This document shows, one piece after another, positions 46,932-54,173 of a DNA stretch of 63,156 bases (positions are counted from its first letter, which is position 1; each line of letters starts with the position of its first letter). This DNA is from a virus. Taxonomy: Duplodnaviria > Caudoviricetes. Below the pieces are notes generated by a model, which was given only the letters and a program-made list of their open reading frames with translations, did no database searches and was not told the DNA's origin. The translations under genes and the position numbers were made by a program. Where the stretch lies: positions 1-63,156 of the IMG/VR virus record IMGVR_UViG_3300032236_000575; one strand, 5' to 3'.

Positions 46932-47159
46932 TCATTTCTTGCCTTTCTTCTTGTCTTGCGCTGCTCGCCACTCGGATACGCGAGTGGCAGCGGTGTTCCA
47001 CGATGAGATCTCGCCGTCGAGGTACTGGCCGAGAAGGGCGAGCTTGTAGCGCACCTCGATGACGATCTCGGAGTATCGAGGATCACCGACAACGAGCGGT
47101 TCCAAACTGATGTGTATGTCGCGCAACGCTTTTCGAATCTCGTCAAGACTCGTCGTCAT
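46932..47159 (-). CDS. Hypothetical protein
   Basis: GAGGA SD before MTTSLDEIRK. Confidence 0.5.
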   Translation of the reverse strand: MTTSLDEIRKALRDIHISLEPLVVGDPRYSEIVIEVRYKLALLGQYLDGEISSWNTAATRVSEWRAAQDKKKGKK

Positions 47160-47361
47160 CGTTGTCCTCATCGTCAAACGGAGACATCACGCCGTCCGGT
47201 GGGATCTCCCTGCCGTAGTGCTCAGCGCACGTCGAGTACCTGCCGACATGCCGTCCTTTTATCGACACATCGCTGTATGCGATGGCGTGGGTTAGGGGCA
47301 GGCCGTCGAGGATGCAGTAAGTACACCAATGTTCTGGTGTGCATGCCGGTTCGCAGTTCAC
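47143..47361 (-). CDS. Hypothetical Cys-containing protein
   Basis: CTYC...CAEH; GTGA overlap. Confidence 0.5.
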   Translation of the reverse strand: MNCEPACTPEHWCTYCILDGLPLTHAIAYSDVSIKGRHVGRYSTCAEHYGREIPPDGVMSPFDDEDNDDDES

Positions 47362-47684
47362 GATGACATCTCCGAGATGCGTTGCCGTGCAAGCCGATAC
47401 ACGCCAGCGACGAACACCGAAAGCAGATCGCTGCTGATCCCGCCGTTGTTTTTGATGGCATCATCGAGTCCGATGGTAAACGCCGTGAATCCTTGAGCGT
47501 CATCGAACTGCCGATGTGTCGGCCTTGCGTTGATGTCTCTTATCAGCCGGTCAACGAGCTTGTCCAGTTCGTCGCGTGCTCGCGAATAGGCTTGATCCAT
47601 GTGTGCAACCCACGTCGCCCAACGCTCTGGGCTTTCTTGGGCGACTCTCTCCCACTGAGGTGGGAAGTCACTATTTGACACCGG
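47358..47684 (-). CDS. Hypothetical protein
   Basis: Helical ORF, start approximate. Confidence 0.5.
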   Translation of the reverse strand, partial: PVSNSDFPPQWERVAQESPERWATWVAHMDQAYSRARDELDKLVDRLIRDINARPTHRQFDDAQGFTAFTIGLDDAIKNNGGISSDLLSVFVAGVYRLARQRISEMSS

Positions 47685-47925
47685 CTTGCCACTCCGTTGG
47701 ATACCGTCGCCTCGTGCCGCCGCCCTCGCGCTTCTCGATGCGGCAGAACTGACCCAAAGCGTTGTCCCATCGCACAATTGGAACCGTGCGATTCAGGACA
47801 GCGTCATGCGATTTAGGTTTGCGGAGCCATCGAGGTGAGCCGATTCGCACACGCTGAAGCAGTGCCGTCCTGATGCGGAGAACGTCGATCGTTTTCTCCA
47901 TGTCTTCGTATGCGTGCTTGCTCAT
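47671..47925 (-). CDS. Hypothetical protein
   Basis: ATGA overlap with the upstream gene. Confidence 0.5.
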   Translation of the reverse strand: MSKHAYEDMEKTIDVLRIRTALLQRVRIGSPRWLRKPKSHDAVLNRTVPIVRWDNALGQFCRIEKREGGGTRRRYPTEWQAGVK

Positions 47926-48227
47926 AGTTTGGCCTTGTTGGTCATGGGAGGGTCGATGATCTTCTCGGGTCCGAGCACGATCGGAACGAAGGGATCGTCG
48001 TCTTCGTACTCTTCTTCGTACTCTTCTTCGTCTTCGTACTCTTCGTCTTCGTCATCGAACTCGTCGTCGTCATCGAACTCTTCTTCGTCGTCGTCATCGA
48101 ACTCGTATGACGGGAAAGGCTCTTCGTGAACCCATCCGGCGATGACGAGGTTGTCGCTGTACCAGATCTCGATGTAGGGCGGTTCGTTGTCCCGATACTT
48201 GATCGTGACTCGTGGTGTTTTGTTCAT
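47922..48227 (-). CDS. Highly acidic small protein
   Basis: FDDDDEEEFDDDDEFDDEDEEYEDEEEYEEEYEDDD encoded by tandem repeats. Confidence 0.7.
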   Translation of the reverse strand: MNKTPRVTIKYRDNEPPYIEIWYSDNLVIAGWVHEEPFPSYEFDDDDEEEFDDDDEFDDEDEEYEDEEEYEEEYEDDDPFVPIVLGPEKIIDPPMTNKAKL

Positions 48228-48616
48228 TCGGCTTTCTTTCTCTTGTATCTCTCGCGGTCGGAGTGCGACTTGCAGTGACGGCAGATCTCGTACTGCTTGC
48301 CGTTTGGGTAGTCCTTGGTCATCACGTTGTCTGGTGACATCTCGTGTAATCCGTTGTTGCACAATCGAAACGGCGGCTGGTTTGTCCAGTCTGGTATCGC
48401 CGCGAGCGGTTCTACTTGTTGCTTGAAGATGTAGTAGCTCGTTGTCTGCTCGTTGATGCGGAGCAGCATGGCGATCTCTGGAACTGTTCTGCCGTCGCGG
48501 AAGTGCATGATCTGAGTGGCGCGGATGATGTCGGCCCTGTTGGCACCAGGCACTGGAAAGCGTGCGACGAGGGCATCGACTACTAGCTCGTCATAGTGCC
48601 GGTTTGGGTCGAACAA
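48224..48616 (-). CDS. HTH plus zinc-binding protein
   Basis: TVPEIAMLLRINEQT; CNNGLHEM.PDN...CRHC. Confidence 0.65.
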   Translation of the reverse strand: MFDPNRHYDELVVDALVARFPVPGANRADIIRATQIMHFRDGRTVPEIAMLLRINEQTTSYYIFKQQVEPLAAIPDWTNQPPFRLCNNGLHEMSPDNVMTKDYPNGKQYEICRHCKSHSDRERYKRKKAE

Positions 48617-48945
48617 ACCTGCAACCCTCGCTCTGTTGCGTAGCGGTGCGCTCGCCTACACGAGTAGCACGGCTGTTTTCTCTCGCGAACGTGTCTCTGA
48701 TAGCCCACCTCTGTGCCGTGAGGAAAGACATCTTGAGGATCTACCAAGCTGTCGAGTTTGGTTCCGGCCCAAACGCCATGCGTTGCACCGACTCTCGTCG
48801 CGTACTCACCGCATTGCTGCATCACAGGGCAGCGTGAGCAGATCAGTCGCGCTTCAGCGCACTGCTCCGACTGCAACGTTTGAGGGAACCACAACTCGGG
48901 ATCCGCCTGAGCGCAGAGTGCCTCGTCCATCCATTCGTCTGCCAT
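48583..48945 (-). CDS. whiB: WhiB-family transcription factor
   Basis: WMDEALCAQADPELWFP...ICSRCPV...C...HGVWAG. Confidence 0.95.
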   Translation of the reverse strand: MADEWMDEALCAQADPELWFPQTLQSEQCAEARLICSRCPVMQQCGEYATRVGATHGVWAGTKLDSLVDPQDVFPHGTEVGYQRHVRERKQPCYSCRRAHRYATERGLQVCSTQTGTMTS

Positions 48946-49036
48946 CAGAACCACACCATCGTTGTCATCACTGCAAAGCTGATGGACAGCAGTGCGATGC
49001 GTGCGGCGATTTCTATTGCGTGCCAATCGGTTTCGT

Positions 49037-49237
49037 TCATGCTGGTGGCTGTGCGGCCTTTCTGAATTGTTTGATCGCCTGGAGCCTCGCGTGCCTGTTG
49101 GACGGCGAGTGACTGCACGTCACGGTCTTGCCGGTGAGTCTGTGCTTGAAGGCGGCGTGGCCTCGGCCATTGATGCCGACGTATTCGAATCCGAGATCTT
49201 TTGCGATGCTTGCCAGTTCGCGGACGTTGCGGTTCAT
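49037..49237 (-). CDS. HicA-like protein
   Basis: MNRNVRELASIAKDLGFEYVGINGRGHAAFKHRLTGKTVTCSHSPS; 66 aa, basic, G.GH motif. Confidence 0.65.
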   Translation of the reverse strand: MNRNVRELASIAKDLGFEYVGINGRGHAAFKHRLTGKTVTCSHSPSNRHARLQAIKQFRKAAQPPA

Positions 49238-49380
49238 CAGTGGTTGATGACCATCAGTGCGATGTTGGCGAGTGTGAATGCGGCGAAGATCGATATGACG
49301 ATCGCGCCTACATGAGAATGCAGTGCGGACATGCATGAGACACCGGCTAGTGCGCCGGTTGCGTGCGTCGATGTGGACAT
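49237..49380 (-). CDS. Small membrane protein
   Basis: GAAGGGAG SD; C-terminal hydrophobic helix. Confidence 0.5.
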   Translation of the reverse strand: MSTSTHATGALAGVSCMSALHSHVGAIVISIFAAFTLANIALMVINH

Positions 49381-49494
49381 CGACTTTCTCCCTTCTCTGG
49401 TTGGTACACCGTTCCAAATGGAACGATGCAAAAAACACGCTCTGACCTGCGTAAACGTCGCCGGCGAGAGGTGTTGTCCTACAACGAAATTGAG

Positions 49495-49574
49495 TGGAGC
49501 AGACGAGAATCGAACTCGCGTCCGGCCAGGTCCGCATGCGGATTTCATCTAGCCGTCGAAACCATCCCTGCCCC
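49495..49574 (-). ncRNA. Mini-tmRNA: tRNA-like domain only, no tag reading frame
   Basis: GGGGCAG/CTGCTCC-A acceptor stem with G3.U70; tmRNA-type GGTTTCGAC D-region; GGCTAG/CTGGCC helix; GGAC-GCGAG-TTCGATT-CTCGT T arm; 80 nt. Confidence 0.85.
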
Positions 49575-49588
49575 TTGCCAATAAGCAA

Positions 49589-49646
49589 GGCTCGCCCCGC
49601 CGCTCAACCTGCGGATTGGAGGACGCAGGGAACAGCGGGGCGAGCC
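49589..49646 (-). other. Two-stem hairpin just upstream of the mini-tmRNA; minus-strand loop UCCUCCAAUC
   Basis: GGCTCGCCCCGC/GCGGGGCGAGCC outer stem, CCTGCG/CGCAGG inner stem. Confidence 0.65.
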
Positions 49647-49738
49647 AGCTTGTCTCTATTCAGTTGTAGGCCAACGGTTTACACGTTGTGCCCCGACTCA
49701 GCAGGTGGGAGGTGGGCCTGCATGAGCCTGTCTAGCTT

Positions 49739-50404
49739 CTACTTGATTGCACCGATGACCTTGAACACCGAAAGCACGTCAGACCATGCGCTTTTGATGT
49801 CCTTGATCGACTCTTTGATGTCACCGGGGTTGATGTCGGCATCGAAGTTGTCACCATCGAATGCCTGCTCCAGAGCATCGGCTGCGGCACGAACGGACTT
49901 GTATGCCTTCTCCAGTGCCTTGCGCTGATCGTGGTACTCGGTTGCGTCTTCGGCCTCGATGTAAGGCTCTTCCTTGTCCTTCTTCTTGAACGTGCGCCCG
50001 TCAGTCGAAACGGTGTCACCCTTCTCGACATCGACAAGATCGCGGTTGACAGTGCCGACACCGACACCGAGCACTGATGCGATCGATCGTTGCGAGATCC
50101 CCTTGCCGGACATCATCGCGGCCATCAGCTTTCGCTCTGCTGTGTCTGACGGCGCGATCTGCACTGCATCGGAGAAGTAGTCGCTGATGCTGTTGTATCC
50201 GAGAGCGAGATGGATCTCGCCCTCGGCAGCTTGAGCCATCAGATCGAACAACGTTGACACACCGTTGCTGATGCTGTCGCTGGCCGATCGGATCTTCTTG
50301 TCGAGCGACTTGGCTTGCGTCTTGTTCAGTTGCGTGACGATCTCTGCTTCTACGATCGTTGTTTCCACGATCGCGATCTCGTTGCTTTCTACTGCTGCGG
50401 TCAT
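49739..50404 (-). CDS. HTH DNA-binding protein
   Basis: GISQRSIASVLGVGVGTVNRDL. Confidence 0.75.
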   Translation of the reverse strand: MTAAVESNEIAIVETTIVEAEIVTQLNKTQAKSLDKKIRSASDSISNGVSTLFDLMAQAAEGEIHLALGYNSISDYFSDAVQIAPSDTAERKLMAAMMSGKGISQRSIASVLGVGVGTVNRDLVDVEKGDTVSTDGRTFKKKDKEEPYIEAEDATEYHDQRKALEKAYKSVRAAADALEQAFDGDNFDADINPGDIKESIKDIKSAWSDVLSVFKVIGAIK

Positions 50405-50476
50405 AGGTTGCGCTTTCGGTTGATGTTGTGTGTGACCGTATTCAGTTGTTTTCCTGTCCCGATCGTATGGGCCGGG

Positions 50477-50818
50477 TTAGGTCTGTGTGTGCAGGCCGCG
50501 CATGATGTTGCGGACTGCTTGCTCCCCTGTCGGGTCTGCATAGGTGATGACTGTGTGCAGATCTCGCAGTGCCCTGGCCGCGATGGCGCGGTCTGCGCTG
50601 CTGTTGATCTCGTTGTGTAAGTGATGCCAGAACATCAGCCAGCTTCCTGCGCTGAAGTGTTGGGTGAACTTGACCACGATGCGGTTGTGCCGGTTGGCAC
50701 CCCACGGCAGTTCGTAGTGAGCGACGAACTCGCGCACGAATGCCAGTAGCTCTTTGGTCTGTGGAGGGGAAGTGGATACCCCTGCTGCTGCGGTCGCGAA
50801 GGCGGTCAGGTCGGCCAT
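50477..50818 (-). CDS. Hypothetical protein
   Basis: Start MADLTAF overlapping the xis end. Confidence 0.55.
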   Translation of the reverse strand: MADLTAFATAAAGVSTSPPQTKELLAFVREFVAHYELPWGANRHNRIVVKFTQHFSAGSWLMFWHHLHNEINSSADRAIAARALRDLHTVITYADPTGEQAVRNIMRGLHTQT

Positions 50819-51042
50819 CGGCTGCCATCTGTGGGAGTGATCCCGAATTGTGTTCTGGCATCGAAGATGTCGATGGCGCGTGCGATGTCGATGTCGGTGA
50901 AACGCCATCTGCCTTGGATCTTCCGCGCCGGTATGACACCGTCGCGTGCTTGGGCTTTAAGCCATCGAGCCGAGCGTGCTCCGAGCATGACGGTAGCTTC
51001 GTCTGCATCGTGCGTGTGGGGATGGCTTGGGCATACCAACAA
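50806..51042 (-). CDS. xis: Excisionase / MerR-like HTH protein
   Basis: DADEATVMLG...WL...ARDGVIPARKIQGRWRFT; next to integrase; TTG start uncertain. Confidence 0.75.
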   Translation of the reverse strand: MLVCPSHPHTHDADEATVMLGARSARWLKAQARDGVIPARKIQGRWRFTDIDIARAIDIFDARTQFGITPTDGSRWPT

Positions 51043-51348
51043 CTCCCGGCACCTACCTAACGGGGTAAATGCCCTGGGGAAAACGAAAGATCTGCCAGCT
51101 ATAGCTGCAGGCCAGCAAGCGGAAAAGGGTGACGATGTCACCGGGTATGACTGCTTCTGAATGCCGTTGCGCTAGAGCGTGATTGGCGAATCTCCCCTCG
51201 TCACCAGGAACAACTGATCTCCAGTGACCCAGGTTACACAAGGCTGAACATCGCGCAACCGGCAGCACCGCACTTACAGGAAACTCACAGGCATGCAGAT
51301 GACTACCACACTATGCCGACAAAAAGATCAGGTGCGAGGAAACCTCCG

Positions 51349-52431
51349 CTACCCGAACATCCTCTCAATCGCACTCACTGCCGGATCATCACCCTCGGGA
51401 CCGAGATGGCCGTACACACCGAACGTTGTCCGAATGTCGGTGTGCCCCAACCGTTTCTGAATCACCAAAGGTGGAACACCGGCAGCGATAAGCCACGAAG
51501 CGTGAGTGTGCCGAAGATCGTGGATACGGGGTTGACGGTGCGCCGGTAGGCCCGTGCGCTTCATCGCCGGATACCACACGTTCGTGCGGAACGTGCCAAT
51601 CCTAATCTGATCACCGCGAGTGTTCGTGAACACGAAAGGCTCAGTAAGACAGAGCATTTCGAGTAAGTCTTTGCGGATCTTGATCGTGCGTATCGACTGC
51701 GGTGTCTTCGTCGGGCCGCTGCGGTAGCCGCTCTGACCTCGCCGGAAGCTCTTGTTAATCCTGACCGTGCAGTTGTCGATGTTCACGTCAGCCGGTGTCA
51801 ACGCCACCGCTTCGCCGAAGCGCACGCCAGTCTCGGCCAAGAACGTCACCAACGTCTTGTAGTGATCCGGTATCGCATCGAGAACCTTGCCGAACTCATC
51901 ACGCGAAAGAAACACCGGCTCCGCCGTTTTCGACGTGCGTGCGATCTTCACACTCTTGGCCGGATTCGCGTTCATGTCACCGCGATCGACAGCGACGTTC
52001 AGAGCAGCCGACAGAAGACCGTGCCGGTTGGCGATCGTCTTGCTCGACACCGTGCCCTCTTGAGCTAGCACCCACCGTTCCACATCGGAACGTTGCAACT
52101 CCCGCGCCGGGATCTTTCCGATGCTTGGCCGGATGTCCTTACGCAGGATCGTGCGGTACTCATCGCGAGTGTCTTCATTGATGCCCGTGCGGTCCTCGAT
52201 GTACCGCTCGACCATGTCAGCCACTGTGGCGTTATTGCCCCTTCTACGCTCCGCTGACTGACGAATAGCGTCCAGGGCACCACGAGCACCCAACGTCTTG
52301 ATCAGATCCGAAAATCGTTCCGCCATATCCATAGTCGGGAACGTGGTCGATGACTCGCGCCCCTCGATGCGATAGCGAACATTGAATGTTGTTGTGCCGT
52401 CTTTGCTGCGGTGGACCCGTATGGATGCCAT
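51349..52431 (-). CDS. int: Tyrosine integrase
   Basis: TGVRFGEA (R), KTPQS.R (K), HDLRH, RLGH...TT.GVY catalytic residues. Confidence 0.97.
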   Translation of the reverse strand: MASIRVHRSKDGTTTFNVRYRIEGRESSTTFPTMDMAERFSDLIKTLGARGALDAIRQSAERRRGNNATVADMVERYIEDRTGINEDTRDEYRTILRKDIRPSIGKIPARELQRSDVERWVLAQEGTVSSKTIANRHGLLSAALNVAVDRGDMNANPAKSVKIARTSKTAEPVFLSRDEFGKVLDAIPDHYKTLVTFLAETGVRFGEAVALTPADVNIDNCTVRINKSFRRGQSGYRSGPTKTPQSIRTIKIRKDLLEMLCLTEPFVFTNTRGDQIRIGTFRTNVWYPAMKRTGLPAHRQPRIHDLRHTHASWLIAAGVPPLVIQKRLGHTDIRTTFGVYGHLGPEGDDPAVSAIERMFG

Positions 52432-52442
52432 GTGTACCTCTG

Positions 52443-52653
52443 TGTGGATAGCGGTGTGGAAACGATGTTTCTTGTCGCTTTTATCCCCTGCGAACTGCAG
52501 TTTTTAGTGGAGCTGCCGGGAATCGAACCTCGCACCTAACAGCGATGTTTTTGCAGGTAGAAGCCACACTACACCCCTCGCAACACCACTGCGATATCCA
52601 CATGTGTGCCGATGCGAGCAGGGACGATGCACATCGATGTGGATATATCCACA
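52443..52653. repeat. Putative integrase arm-type sites TGTGGAWA flanking the attP core
   Basis: Copies at 52443, 52455, 52595 (inverted), 52638 and 52646 (palindrome TGTGGATATATCCACA). Confidence 0.55.
52507..52529 (-). other. attP core matching the 3' end of an actinobacterial tmRNA (ssrA) gene
   Basis: Minus strand GGTTCGATTCCCGGCAGCTCCAC (T loop plus acceptor 3' strand), 75 nt upstream of int. Confidence 0.85.
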
Positions 52654-52748
52654 CGCGATCCCTGGCACCTACGAGTTTGCTTGCGCCCCTTCATCATTGG
52701 AAGTCGCAGCAATGTTCCTGGGAAAGCAAAGCAATTTGTGTTGGTGGT

Positions 52749-52775
52749 TTGACATCTCGCAAACGCGGGTAGTAT
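52749..52775 (+). promoter_or_regulatory. Rightward SigA-like promoter
   Basis: Perfect TTGACA at 52749; TAGTAT at 52770 (15-nt spacer, short) or TATCAG at 52773 (18-nt). Confidence 0.55.
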
Positions 52776-52782
52776 CAGCATT

Positions 52783-52857
52783 GCCCAGGCGATCTCCCCT
52801 CGTGGGCCAGTGTGAACAACTGATCTCCAATCATGGTGTTAGCAAGATCGCCTGGGC
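52783..52857 (+). ncRNA. Candidate antisense small RNA
   Basis: 13-bp perfect closing stem GCCCAGGCGATCT/AGATCGCCTGGGC; inner arm with loop TCTCCAA, complementary to the early-gene RBS. Confidence 0.6.
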
Positions 52858-52871
52858 CTACACTTCATCGG

Positions 52872-53051
52872 ATGAGCGACATCTGCCCTCGCTGCGGCGA
52901 GATCATCGACGGCTATCCGGCCCTCTCGCGAGTAGACAACAAGACCAACATCTGCAGCCCGTGCGGCATGCGAGAAGCGTTGTGGGACTTCGCGCATCGA
53001 GACACCAATGACCCCATGCCGCCGGTTGACCGGCCAATCGAAACTACATAG
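52872..53051 (+). CDS. Small zinc-finger protein (only credible plus-strand CDS)
   Basis: MSDICPRCG...YPALSRVDNKTNICSPCG.REA. Confidence 0.75.
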   Translation: MSDICPRCGEIIDGYPALSRVDNKTNICSPCGMREALWDFAHRDTNDPMPPVDRPIETT

Positions 53052-53070
53052 AAAACCTATGTATTAGGTT

Positions 53071-53131
53071 AAAAGAAAAGGGAGGTCCGGCGAGCAGCGT
53101 TCCATCTGGAACGAACCCACCGAACCTCCCC
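53071..53131 (-). terminator. Intrinsic terminator ending the early operon
   Basis: GGGAGGT.CGG...CCG.ACCTCCC stem; AAAAGAAAA on plus gives a U-tract on minus. Confidence 0.7.
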
Positions 53132-53139
53132 TATTCGAA

Positions 53140-53493
53140 TTAGCTTGGCGCGTAGAACTTTCCGATCATCGCCTCGATCATCGGATCGATCGACTTCGCC
53201 TCACCCTCGCTGTCCGCTCCTCCAGTGACGATCACCGTTCCAGAGAGCGTGTCTCGTCCGGCTGCCTCGGGCTGCAAGAAGTACCACAGAGCGGTGGCGT
53301 TCCTGTTGACCGGCAGACCCTCGATCTTGCCCTCTTCGTTGCACCACATGGTGACGTTGCTTGCCGGGTAGATGGCCTCAAGCCATCCTCCGACAGTGGT
53401 CTTCATTTTCTGGTACTCGGGCCGTTCCCACTCGGTGATCTCGATGTCTCCATCGACGGGGATGACAGCGACTTTGATTGTCTTGCTTGCCAT
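53140..53493 (-). CDS. DUF3846-family protein
   Basis: VGGWLEAI...MWCNEEGKIEGLPVNRNAT...L.G.VIVTG. Confidence 0.85.
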   Translation of the reverse strand: MASKTIKVAVIPVDGDIEITEWERPEYQKMKTTVGGWLEAIYPASNVTMWCNEEGKIEGLPVNRNATALWYFLQPEAAGRDTLSGTVIVTGGADSEGEAKSIDPMIEAMIGKFYAPS

Positions 53494-53581
53494 TTCGATT
53501 CTCCAATCATTGGTGTTTGCGCGGAACTGAATGTTCCAGTCGGCACACCGGGCGGTGAAACCCGATGTGCCGGTGCAGCAT

Positions 53582-53998
53582 TCAGTGCTGTACTACGTCG
53601 GCGTTGCGATACCGCCGCCCAACTGCAAGCAGAAACGCAACCTCCCTCGCATCAGCGACAGAATCACTGTATGCAATTACGCGGAAGTCATCGCGGCAAT
53701 CTTCGATCTGAACGGTGCCGTTGGCACCAGTAGCGAGCATGAAGCCCTCACCCTGGTCGAAGATGTAACAGTCACGGCAGATCCGCTCATCATTCTTGTA
53801 GAAGTAAAGCGGAGCATGATCGCCGCACTCACCGCAACCGTTGTCACAGTTCCTGCCGTCCAAAGCAAACGGATGCGTTGTATGGCAGTCAGGGCACCAG
53901 TACGGCTCTGCATCCGCACGCTGCTCTGCGTACATCTGCTCTGCCGACATGATCGGCTCTCCAGCCTCGTTGAGGTACTCGTTGACACCAAGCATCAT
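53582..53998 (-). CDS. Hypothetical Cys-rich protein
   Basis: GGGGAGGTG SD; CPDC, CGECG, CRDC. Confidence 0.65.
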   Translation of the reverse strand: MMLGVNEYLNEAGEPIMSAEQMYAEQRADAEPYWCPDCHTTHPFALDGRNCDNGCGECGDHAPLYFYKNDERICRDCYIFDQGEGFMLATGANGTVQIEDCRDDFRVIAYSDSVADAREVAFLLAVGRRYRNADVVQH

Positions 53999-54087
53999 CG
54001 AACACCTCCCCTGAGCATCAGAGCCAAGATGAACAGTGACCATACCGGCGTGAGAGCCAGCGAGGCCATGATCTCGTTCTTCTTCAT
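53995..54087 (-). CDS. Small membrane peptide (30 aa)
   Basis: MKKNEIMASLALTPVWSLFILALMLRGGVR, directly after a start-associated sequence; ATGA overlap. Confidence 0.65.
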   Translation of the reverse strand: MKKNEIMASLALTPVWSLFILALMLRGGVR

Positions 54088-54173
54088 TGTGATCTCCAAT
54101 CATGTTGTGTTACAGCGAGTCTGAGTGACTCAGCCAGCGCACAGGCCCGAAAGACTGTGCGCCGGAGCGTGAC

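Noticed and set aside
49495-49574. Ordinary tRNA-Ala or a second attP
   Set aside because: No D stem or canonical anticodon arm; has tmRNA-specific 5' features and differs from the attP core
52507-52529. tRNA or tmRNA gene at attP
   Set aside because: Only the 3' 23 nt are present; no matching 5' half upstream
52595-52653. DnaA boxes (ATATCCACA)
   Set aside because: One mismatch to TTATCCACA, and the arrangement around the att core fits integrase arm sites better; not fully excluded
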